A program made the translations under genes and the position numbers. From contig JBBIMK010000021.1 in assembly GCA_037444445.1 (NCBI GenBank), forward strand, positions 1 through 32,000: a stretch of 32,000 nucleotides of DNA. Direction: 5' to 3'. Positions 1 through 7,155 of the stretch are shown here, in pieces; the stretch's first letter is position 1, and each line of letters starts with the position of its first letter. A model generated the notes under the pieces. That model was not told where the DNA came from and did no database searches. It worked only from the letters and a program-made list of their open reading frames with translations. Source of the stretch: a bacterium (GTDB lineage Bacteria > UBP7 > UBA6624 > JBBIMK01).

Positions 1-180
1 GGACATCTGGTCTCTATATACACCAAATTGGCGCCAGACGGTGAGGGTGTTGGGGACTACCACAGCCCCTCCCACGCAGGCATTCCACCCGGAGGGCAGG
101 GCGCCGCCACTCTCCTCCGCCTTGCTCTTATCCCACCCAAAGCAGGCTTTCAGCCGGAAGTTATCCCCACCACTTTTCAT
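1..180 (-). CDS. Partial CDS (first 60 codons; continues past the left window edge). N-terminally truncated paralog of the C-terminal metzincin-like domain of the 1125-aa lipoprotein.
   Basis: The minus-strand frame is open from ATG 180..178 to position 1: MKSGGDNFRLKACFGWDKSKAEESGGALPSGWNACVGGAVVVPNTLTVWRQFGVYRDQMS. This aligns with FGGDNFRLKVCFTWNS...PSGWNACVGGAVVVPGTLTVWRKAW of ORF 1173..4550. An in-frame stop at 237..235 leaves no room for a signal peptide or N-terminal domains. An alternative GTG start lies at 201..199. Confidence 0.5.
   Translation of the reverse strand, partial: MKSGGDNFRLKACFGWDKSKAEESGGALPSGWNACVGGAVVVPNTLTVWRQFGVYRDQMS
31..96. repeat. Copy A of a 66-nt block, 64/66 identical to 1752..1817
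   Basis: Direct by-eye comparison: gcgccagacggtgagggtg[tt/cc]ggggactaccacagcccctcccacgcaggcattccacccggaggg. The flanks are much more diverged. Confidence 0.9.
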
Positions 181-398
181 TCCCAAAAATAATACTACCA
201 CAAAAGGGAAAAAGTTGCTTCTTGCAAGTTCTCGCTATTCGCTATTTGCCCCAGAACTATTCTCTTATTTTCTCCCCTGTCACCGGTTGGGCTTGCACTC
301 TTTGCCTCCGGGAATGGGCTGGTTGCCTGCTTCGGCTTTCACCACCTTCAGTGCAAAGGAAAGATTGGCAGGAAAATGATGCTCCCCATAACCTTCAT

Positions 399-1157
399 TC
401 ATGGGAGGGTGGGACAGCCAGAGCCGGACTGACTGATGAGTTCTCCATTCCGGTATTCCACGCGACACCGGTAATTATTCAACGCCCAGTTGATGAAGTG
501 GTTTCGGATGAAGTCCATCACTTCAAAATAGGCGGCGTTGTCCGGCGTGGATGTGTCCCGAACATTGGTATCCGTTGCGATATTCTTGTAGTCTTCATGA
601 GTCGCTCCATAGCCGGAAATGCTTGCGGTGATCCCGTAGCGGTCGGGTCCCCCATTGGGGTCTCGCGTCACATTCAGGTTGAAGAAGTTCTTTTCCCGCA
701 TCAGGTTGTAAAGCGCGAGGACCATCTCGCGCGGAAAGATGGGAATATAGTAATCAATGTCGTGTGTAAAGGTGTGCTGTTCAAAGTGCAGTTGGTCCAC
801 GGCGTGGGATAGCGCCGTCCCGGGGGCCACCGGGACATCGTAAACGCCTATACCCACATAATAGAGTCCCGTTCCTGCATCATCGGGCATAGCGGCGCCG
901 ATATGGATTCGGCTATATTCCCCAGCATCCAGAACCTGATTGAAATCCTCCTGCGTCACCGGACCAATGGATGGTCGAAGCACTTCATCCCCGTTCGCAG
1001 CAGGCTTTTCGCTACCTGTGGCTTGCTGGGTCTTACCGCTGTTCCCCTGATTGTTCCGATAACATCCTGTCTCGGTGAAGAAGAACGCGAGGGCGAGAAT
1101 GCCCCCCAACAGCCACACCCCACCGAACTTCTTGAAACTTCCTAACAGGCTTGTCAT
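399..1157 (-). CDS. Hypothetical secreted or lipoprotein-like protein (252 aa), co-oriented 15 nt downstream of the large lipoprotein gene
   Basis: The N-terminus MTSLLGSFKKFGGVWLLGGILALAFFFTETGC has a hydrophobic core followed by Cys. GGAGG lies 10 nt upstream of the ATG and overlaps the upstream stop. I recognised no family motif. Confidence 0.6.
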   Translation of the reverse strand: MTSLLGSFKKFGGVWLLGGILALAFFFTETGCYRNNQGNSGKTQQATGSEKPAANGDEVLRPSIGPVTQEDFNQVLDAGEYSRIHIGAAMPDDAGTGLYYVGIGVYDVPVAPGTALSHAVDQLHFEQHTFTHDIDYYIPIFPREMVLALYNLMREKNFFNLNVTRDPNGGPDRYGITASISGYGATHEDYKNIATDTNVRDTSTPDNAAYFEVMDFIRNHFINWALNNYRCRVEYRNGELISQSGSGCPTLP

Positions 1158-1172
1158 TTTCCCTTCACCTCC

Positions 1173-4100
1173 TCATTGATAAAGGGACCGGATTCGCTGG
1201 CGAAGGAGTTCAATCTCCGCCACGCTGAAATAGTGAATCTGCTCATACCATTCCGGGGTTCCGCAACTGTATCTCATCACGGTCCTGTCCCTGGGCGCTA
1301 ATCCAGCGCAGACACGCCAGTCGTGGGAAGTGTCCGGATGCTCCAGAGCTCCGAGGTTATGCCCCATCTCGTGGACGCTGTTCTGCTGGGTCTTGATCCA
1401 GGGATATCTATACCAGAAAGTAAGGGTCCTGATGTATCCCACCGCAGTGAAACTATGCACATCACCCGGGCAGTAGACCCCCAAGATCATGCCAAAGACT
1501 GTGGACCACAGATGGTCTACGCCGGCGTGGTGCGGTGTATGAATCGGAGGCGGGTGCGGATAGGGGTAAGTGCCGGAGTTGTGCGCCCAGGCTGTTGACT
1601 CAGAACAAATGGAAAGCGGCGATTGATGCGGGTTTCCCGTGTCCAGACTTCTCATCACCACTTCTACGAAGCCATCATCAAAGGCGCCACGAACACGGTC
1701 AGCCAGAGGGTTAAAGTCTGGCGTCATTTGGGTTTGCCACAGCCACGCTTTGCGCCAGACGGTGAGGGTGCCGGGGACTACCACAGCCCCTCCCACGCAG
1801 GCATTCCACCCGGAGGGATTTGTGCCAGTGGTGCTCGCACTGTTCCAGGTAAAGCATACCTTCAGCCGGAAATTATCTCCGCCGAAAGCGCCGGGATGGA
1901 AACTGCACCAGGCTTTGCCGGCATGTTCGTAATTTACTGGTGGTGGGTCAAGAGTTAAGTCGTGCACAACAGCGAAAGGAGAAGATTCTCCTCTTCCAGA
2001 GGAATAAGCCCTGCCTTGCTGGTTGATAGCCCGTCCACCGCCACAGTTATTGTAATTGACCTGATTACCATAGAAGTTTTTGAGGGGAGAAAGAACGGAC
2101 TCCCAGTAGCCGTGTCTATGGTTATCCCAGGCGTACCACACCGCTTCACCCTCTACCGGAGGGACAGGGTCCGGGGGACTATCATAATCGGGGTTCGTGG
2201 GGGTAGCACCACCATTCCAGTCATAGGAAGCGTCTAAATAAGCGGTATGGAAGCGGGTTTGCCCGGCGGGCAATCCGTTCACCGTGATGCGGAAGCGGAA
2301 GCAAATTTCATCACCATAGTTTTCGTGGAAGCCTGCCCCGAGGTCGTGACAGACATCATTCATCCGCTGGTCTGGAAGGCGAGGATAAGGGCTTTCTATC
2401 AGGTCTTTCTCCAGGTTCACATATTGACTGCCCATCACCGGACGGTCAAGCGTGATCTGAGGCGTGTAGGATTGCTGGAAAAATTTCCAGTTGCCTGCCC
2501 AGCAGGTGAAATAGGGTTGGGGAGGAAGGCAACTACTGGAAAAGAAGGTATACTTGAATATCTCATCTGGATTGCCCCCTCCATCTCCTCTCCATATTCC
2601 ATTTGCAAAGCAGTCAAACTGTAAAAGCCCGATGGGCAGGAAATAGATATAGGTTTCATGGGCTATGATTTTATCCCGGTCGGGAGGAAAGTCAGGCTCA
2701 AACCCATCTTCGTAGGAGAAAGCGGGATAAGAATGGTCAACTACAGGCTCTCGGTCTACGATATAAGCGGGATACAGGTAGTCGCCCACTCCGGGAACTC
2801 CATCCCCTCCATACCAGGCTTTCTGCAGGCATTTGTAGGCGGAATCATTGGGGTCTGGACCCGGGTATTGGAAGGTCTGATTGATGACCTCGTTGCTGGT
2901 TTTATACCAGTTGAGCCTGGGATGAAGCTGGTTGATATATACCCGATCATTCACCTCAATTTTCAGATACAGGCGCCCGCCGTTTGCACGCTTAAAATTG
3001 TCATCCTGCCAGAAATCTTTGAAATCTTCCCAGGGAGTTCGCCCCGGGTCATTGGGCTTTTTGGGGTAAGCATCCCCACCTGTAGGGATAAACTCTCCCC
3101 TCTCCTGGGCGGTCATTAATTCAAAAGCGGCGGTGGGATAGGAGGTCTCCCCCCATTCACCCTCATAGTAATCCATCAATTCTGCAGAGGCTAACCGCTG
3201 CGGTATGCCAGTTTCCATGTTCAAGCACCAGATTTCCAGTTTCGCTTTATACCGGTGAGGGCCCATACCATACCACACCCACTCCCCCACCGCTACCCCG
3301 CCAAAATCTTCAGGGCCAGGTTGGCCCGCATCCCATGTGTTCTTCAAGATACATTCGGGACATCCCCAGTTTTCCACACTCTCTCCTTTCTCCACTGATA
3401 TCTCCGGGTCCGGGGGATAGGTTATCTCTTTCTCAAGCACTCGGCTCATATATCTGGATGCTCTTTCTCCATTCGGTGGAGGATACGCAGTGACTTTCAC
3501 TTTTGCCCAGTGACCGTCCGCTGCCGTATCCTCCCCCGGGTCTCTGCCTAACACCTGGATGGTAAAACTGGTAGAGCAAGGTGGAGCCGGGTCAGGTGGT
3601 GGCTCTCCACCCCCTGTAGAAGTGTCAGGAGGCTCAAACACCTTCGGGTCTTTTCCCGGCTTTCCGCTTAAAGAGAACCGATATTTCTCAGGGCGATTAT
3701 CCGGAAGAGGTGGGTCAAACCGGAGTTTTACCAGATGCTCCCCGCCGGGTGTGGGAATGACTTCTGATGGATGAATCTCCTGCCCTGTGGGCTTATAGGT
3801 CAGCGTCCAGTTTAATGGGTTCAAGTGATATTGCGGGTCAATCCGCTTGGAGAGATAAAAGTTCGCTTCCGTGTCGCTGACCACATAAGGGTCTTCACTG
3901 AGAACTGGAAAAGAGACCCGCCAGATGTCGGGATTTTCGGAATCTACCCGGAAAGACCAGCCGCCCTCGGTAAAACTGTAATCTGAATACAGGACAAAAA
4001 GTTTCACTACATGGACGGAGTTATCGGCTAAATCCTCCGAAGGAGTGTAAGAGATGATGCAATTCATGGAGTCCCATGTAGAAAGCACCGTGGTGTAATC

Positions 4101-4550
4101 TACTGACATTTTCACTGCCACAATCCCGAGCCGTTGATAGTCGTGGATTCGGGCAGAGATAAAGGGGCGAGATTCCACCCACCCTGCACCCTCTGGTGGT
4201 GTAAGAGGTTCAATGATGGTAGTAGGATAAATTTCTGCTTCTATTGGCACAGTTTCCTGGCAGGAGCCTCCACCCCCCAGGGTTTCGCCGCCGCCGCCAT
4301 CACCCATGCCACCGCTGACCGCCTGGGGCGCAGGTTTTTCCTCCGCCCCGCTTGCTGGCGGTGAGGGCGGAGTTACGGGAGGTGAGGGGGGTGCGACACC
4401 CGTGGGGGGTGGCGTGGAAATGGAAGGTGGGGCGGGCGGGGGTGAACCTCCGCCACCGCAGGATGTGAGAATCTCAGGCAAGAGGAAGACTACAACAAGA
4501 AGCAAAATAATCCAGAGGACACGGAAGGAAGGAAGGAAGGAATACCCCAT
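1173..4550 (-). CDS. Large surface lipoprotein (1125 aa) with a Pro-rich linker, Ig-like domains and a C-terminal metzincin-like zinc metalloprotease domain
   Basis: A signal peptide with lipobox (LLPEILTS-C) is followed by GGGGSPPPAPP...PPSPP low-complexity linker. Two SbsA-like Ig-type segments follow (for example VKMSVDYTTVL...HVVKLFVLY). The C-terminus carries HEMGHNLGALEHPD (an HExxHxxG motif with the third His displaced by one residue), then TVMRYS as a possible Met-turn. The start codon is uncertain (see findings). Confidence 0.8.
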   Translation of the reverse strand: MGYSFLPSFRVLWIILLLVVVFLLPEILTSCGGGGSPPPAPPSISTPPPTGVAPPSPPVTPPSPPASGAEEKPAPQAVSGGMGDGGGGETLGGGGSCQETVPIEAEIYPTTIIEPLTPPEGAGWVESRPFISARIHDYQRLGIVAVKMSVDYTTVLSTWDSMNCIISYTPSEDLADNSVHVVKLFVLYSDYSFTEGGWSFRVDSENPDIWRVSFPVLSEDPYVVSDTEANFYLSKRIDPQYHLNPLNWTLTYKPTGQEIHPSEVIPTPGGEHLVKLRFDPPLPDNRPEKYRFSLSGKPGKDPKVFEPPDTSTGGGEPPPDPAPPCSTSFTIQVLGRDPGEDTAADGHWAKVKVTAYPPPNGERASRYMSRVLEKEITYPPDPEISVEKGESVENWGCPECILKNTWDAGQPGPEDFGGVAVGEWVWYGMGPHRYKAKLEIWCLNMETGIPQRLASAELMDYYEGEWGETSYPTAAFELMTAQERGEFIPTGGDAYPKKPNDPGRTPWEDFKDFWQDDNFKRANGGRLYLKIEVNDRVYINQLHPRLNWYKTSNEVINQTFQYPGPDPNDSAYKCLQKAWYGGDGVPGVGDYLYPAYIVDREPVVDHSYPAFSYEDGFEPDFPPDRDKIIAHETYIYFLPIGLLQFDCFANGIWRGDGGGNPDEIFKYTFFSSSCLPPQPYFTCWAGNWKFFQQSYTPQITLDRPVMGSQYVNLEKDLIESPYPRLPDQRMNDVCHDLGAGFHENYGDEICFRFRITVNGLPAGQTRFHTAYLDASYDWNGGATPTNPDYDSPPDPVPPVEGEAVWYAWDNHRHGYWESVLSPLKNFYGNQVNYNNCGGGRAINQQGRAYSSGRGESSPFAVVHDLTLDPPPVNYEHAGKAWCSFHPGAFGGDNFRLKVCFTWNSASTTGTNPSGWNACVGGAVVVPGTLTVWRKAWLWQTQMTPDFNPLADRVRGAFDDGFVEVVMRSLDTGNPHQSPLSICSESTAWAHNSGTYPYPHPPPIHTPHHAGVDHLWSTVFGMILGVYCPGDVHSFTAVGYIRTLTFWYRYPWIKTQQNSVHEMGHNLGALEHPDTSHDWRVCAGLAPRDRTVMRYSCGTPEWYEQIHYFSVAEIELLRQRIRSLYQ
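1752..1817. repeat. Copy B of the 66-nt block, 64/66 identical to 31..96
   Basis: On the minus strand it encodes PSGWNACVGGAVVVPGTLTVWR within the protease domain. Copy A encodes the same peptide with a G to N change. Confidence 0.9.
4523..4542. repeat. Tetranucleotide microsatellite (GGAA)5, which is (TTCC)5 on the coding strand, inside codons 3-9 of the lipoprotein ORF
   Basis: Read directly: acGGAAGGAAGGAAGGAAGGAAta. Confidence 0.95.
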
Positions 4551-4613
4551 AACTTTTATACTTTCTTCTCATAACTCATCCTCCTTCTGCTGTCTAATTT
4601 CCAACCTTGCAAT

Positions 4614-4645
4614 ATTATCCTACTATAAGCTAAAGAAAAAGTCAA
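4614..4645 (-). promoter_or_regulatory. Candidate sigma70-type promoter for the lipoprotein gene
   Basis: On the minus strand: -35 TTGACT (4645..4640), a 17-nt spacer, then TAGGAT (4622..4617), overlapping GATAAT (4619..4614). SD AAGGAGG lies at 4586..4580. Confidence 0.35.
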
Positions 4646-4647
4646 GC

Positions 4648-4656
4648 GGGGGGGGG
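4648..4656. repeat. Homopolymer G9 (C9 on the minus strand) in the divergent promoter region
   Basis: Read directly: aagcGGGGGGGGGatg. The tract lies 2 nt upstream of the putative -35 TTGACT of the lipoprotein gene. It is also part of an inverted repeat, AAGCGGG (4644..4650) with CCCGCTT (4664..4670). Confidence 0.9.
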
Positions 4657-4740
4657 ATGAAATCCCGCTTTTGCCCCCATTTTTTCGTTTGGAGGGGATG
4701 AGAATGCTTCAAAACTCTCGGGTGGAGTGACCTCAGGGTT

Positions 4741-4769
4741 TTGACTGAAAGCAGGGGAAGAGGTAAAAT
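4741..4769 (+). promoter_or_regulatory. Near-consensus sigma70 promoter for the DUF255/YyaL-like gene
   Basis: TTGACT (4741..4746), a 17-nt spacer, then TAAAAT (4764..4769). The TTG that opens ORF 4741..6939 is this -35 box, so it is not a plausible start codon. Confidence 0.5.
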
Positions 4770-4860
4770 AAAATGGGTGAGAGAGAAAGAAGTGCTGATT
4801 CTTTTTTGGGTGGGGATGGTCCTGGGCTATGGGTCGCCCGCGAGTCAGCGTTCTATTTCT

Positions 4861-6939
4861 ATGAATCGGCTGAAATGGGAGAAGAGTCCGTACCTTTTAC
4901 AGCATGCGGATAACCCTGTGGACTGGTATCCCTGGGGTGCGGAGGCGTTTGAAAAAGCCCTTAAGGAGGATAAGCCTATCTTCCTGTCCATCGGATACTC
5001 CACCTGCCACTGGTGTCATGTGATGGAGCAGGAGTCGTTTGAAGACCCTGAGGTCGCACGCCTGATGAACGAAACTTTTGTGTCCATTAAAGTGGACCGG
5101 GAGGAACGACCGGATATAGATAGTGTTTATATGACTGTTTGTCAGATGATGACGGGGAGTGGAGGCTGGCCCCTCACGATTATAATGACGCCGGATAAAA
5201 CGCCTTTCTTCGCCGCCACTTATATCCCCAGGGAGACGCGTTTCGGACGCATGGGCATGCTGGAACTTATCCCGCACATACAGAAAGCCTGGACCACACG
5301 ACGAGAAGAGATTCTCACCATTGGCCAGCAGGTCGCATCTGCCCTGCAGAATCTGTCTCGTGAAACCCCCGGGAAGGCGTTGGATGAAACCATCTTGAAA
5401 CTTGCCTTTGAGCATCTGAGCGACCGATTTGATACGGTTCATGGCGGGTTTGGCGACGCCCCCAAATTCCCAACCGCCCACCCTCTCCTCTTTCTCCTGC
5501 GCTACTGGAAACGCACAGGAAATACAAAAGCCCTGAAAATGGTGGAAAAGACGCTTCAAGAAATGCGACTGGGAGGCATTTATGACCATATCGGCTTCGG
5601 GTTTCATCGCTACTCTACCGATGCCATCTGGTTGGTGCCTCACTTTGAAAAGATGCTTTACGACCAGGCTATGCTGGCAATGGCTTATACCGAGGCGTAT
5701 CAAGCCACCGGTCAGCCAGAATATAAAAATACCGCAGAAGAGATATTTCACTATGTTTTGAGAAATATGACTTCCCCCGAAGGTGCCTTCTACTCCGCAG
5801 AAGATGCAGATTCCGAGGGCGTGGAAGGTAAATTTTATCTGTGGCAGGAGGAAGAAATCAGGCAAGCCCTCGGTGAACAGGCGAACCTTATCCTGACCCT
5901 GTTCAGTGTTCAGAAGAAGGGCAATTTCCGCCAGGAAGCCCATGGCCGTCCTGCTGGATTGAACATATTGCACCTGAAAAAACCACTCCCAGCACTGGCT
6001 GCTGACCTGAATCTATCGGAGAAAGATTTGCAACGAAGGGCAGAGGAAGCACGGCAGAAACTTTTTGCGATTCGTGAGAAACGGGTTCATCCCTATAAAG
6101 ATGACAAGATATTGACGGACTGGAATGGCTTGATGATTGCCGCTTTTGCCAGAGGGTCGCTGGCTCTGGACGAGCCGAAATATGCCAGAGTGGCGGAGAA
6201 GGCAGCGGAGTTTATCCTGCGCACCCTTCGCCGACCCGATGGCCGCCTCCTCCACCGTTATCGCCAGGGCGAAGCGAGCATACTCGCCACCGTGGACGAT
6301 TACGCTTTCCTCACCTGGGGGCTGATAGAACTCTATGAAGCCACCTTCCGCACCCACTATCTCCAAACCGCATTAGACCTGACACAGGATTTGCTAAAGC
6401 ACTTCTGGGATGAAAAACCAGGTGGCTTCTATTTCACCCCCGATGATGGGGAAAGCCTGCTTATCAGGCAGAAGGAAATTTATGATGGCGCCATACCCTC
6501 CGGTAACTCCGTGGCTATGTGGAACCTGCTGCGCCTGGGGCGGATGACGGCAAACTCCGATATGGAGAAAAAGGCAGAAGAGCTCTCCTGTGCCTTCTCC
6601 ACGCAGGTCATCCGGATGCCCTCGGCTTATACTCAACTTTTAGTCGCTCTCCAGTTTGCCATCGGTCCTTCCTATGAGGTGGTCATTGCTGGTCCTTCGG
6701 GGTCTGCGGACACGGAAGCCATGCTCAAAGCCCTGCGGGCGGAATTTGTGCCCAACAAAGTCGTTCTCTTCCGCCCCACCGACCAGGAATCCCCTGACAT
6801 CCTCCGCCTCGCTGAATTTACAAAATATCATACCGCTGTGGATGGTAAAGCCACCGCTTATGTCTGCCAGAACTATCGCTGTGAAACCCCCACCACCGAC
6901 ATCCAGAGCATGCTCCGTTTCCTACAGCCACAACCATAA
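4861..6939 (+). CDS. Thioredoxin-domain protein of the DUF255/YyaL type (N-terminal CxxC thioredoxin-like domain plus a long alpha-helical barrel-like domain)
   Basis: [58 protein letters not shown]...[14 protein letters not shown] is the hallmark N-terminus of this family. I chose the start at [15 protein letters not shown]; an alternative in-frame ATG lies at 4816. Confidence 0.85.
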   Translation: MNRLKWEKSPYLLQHADNPVDWYPWGAEAFEKALKEDKPIFLSIGYSTCHWCHVMEQESFEDPEVARLMNETFVSIKVDREERPDIDSVYMTVCQMMTGSGGWPLTIIMTPDKTPFFAATYIPRETRFGRMGMLELIPHIQKAWTTRREEILTIGQQVASALQNLSRETPGKALDETILKLAFEHLSDRFDTVHGGFGDAPKFPTAHPLLFLLRYWKRTGNTKALKMVEKTLQEMRLGGIYDHIGFGFHRYSTDAIWLVPHFEKMLYDQAMLAMAYTEAYQATGQPEYKNTAEEIFHYVLRNMTSPEGAFYSAEDADSEGVEGKFYLWQEEEIRQALGEQANLILTLFSVQKKGNFRQEAHGRPAGLNILHLKKPLPALAADLNLSEKDLQRRAEEARQKLFAIREKRVHPYKDDKILTDWNGLMIAAFARGSLALDEPKYARVAEKAAEFILRTLRRPDGRLLHRYRQGEASILATVDDYAFLTWGLIELYEATFRTHYLQTALDLTQDLLKHFWDEKPGGFYFTPDDGESLLIRQKEIYDGAIPSGNSVAMWNLLRLGRMTANSDMEKKAEELSCAFSTQVIRMPSAYTQLLVALQFAIGPSYEVVIAGPSGSADTEAMLKALRAEFVPNKVVLFRPTDQESPDILRLAEFTKYHTAVDGKATAYVCQNYRCETPTTDIQSMLRFLQPQP

Positions 6940-6966
6940 GGCAGAGGTCTAACCACCGCTGATTAC

Positions 6967-6995
6967 TCCCTTCAGAAAGGAGGGATTTCTTTTTT
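6967..6995 (+). terminator. Rho-independent terminator after the YyaL-like gene
   Basis: A 7-bp stem tcccttc/gaaggga-type (6967..6973 pairing with 6979..6985, including one G-U pair) has a 5-nt loop. It is followed by tttcttttttcc. Confidence 0.55.
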
Positions 6996-7155
6996 CCAGG
7001 ATTCCTAACATAGTTAAAAATCTTCCAATCGTAAATCTCCACCGACTGGATAGCCACAGATTCTCACCCACACGGCTTTCGGTTGGAAAGATAGTGGTAT
7101 TGGTCAAAAGTCTAAAGTCTAATTTTGAACCACGAGCCACGAACCACGACGAGGG

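Noticed and set aside
41-379. Plus-strand ORFs 41..379 and 1639..1932 sharing the peptide VPGTTTAPPTQAFHPEG.
   Set aside because: The shared peptide is the antisense translation of the 66-nt repeat inside the minus-strand protease-domain paralogs. It is not an independent gene family.
4897-5973. A 358-aa ORF antisense to the YyaL-like gene. Similar long antisense ORFs occur at 9964..10611, 10160..10765, 12938..13606, 16275..16820, 20042..20719 and 24636..25169.
   Set aside because: Each lies entirely opposite a gene with strong family motifs. Their translations are R/G/P/S-rich with no recognisable motif, and they have no SD or promoter context. These are typical shadow ORFs caused by the codon bias of the sense gene.
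7130-7150. The heptamer tandem (CCACGAN)x3 and the adjacent aaagtctaaagtcta duplication, just downstream of the ftsK stop.
   Set aside because: The repeats are very short (3 and 2 copies), form no associated hairpin or T tract, and have no evident function. They are recorded only as a curiosity.
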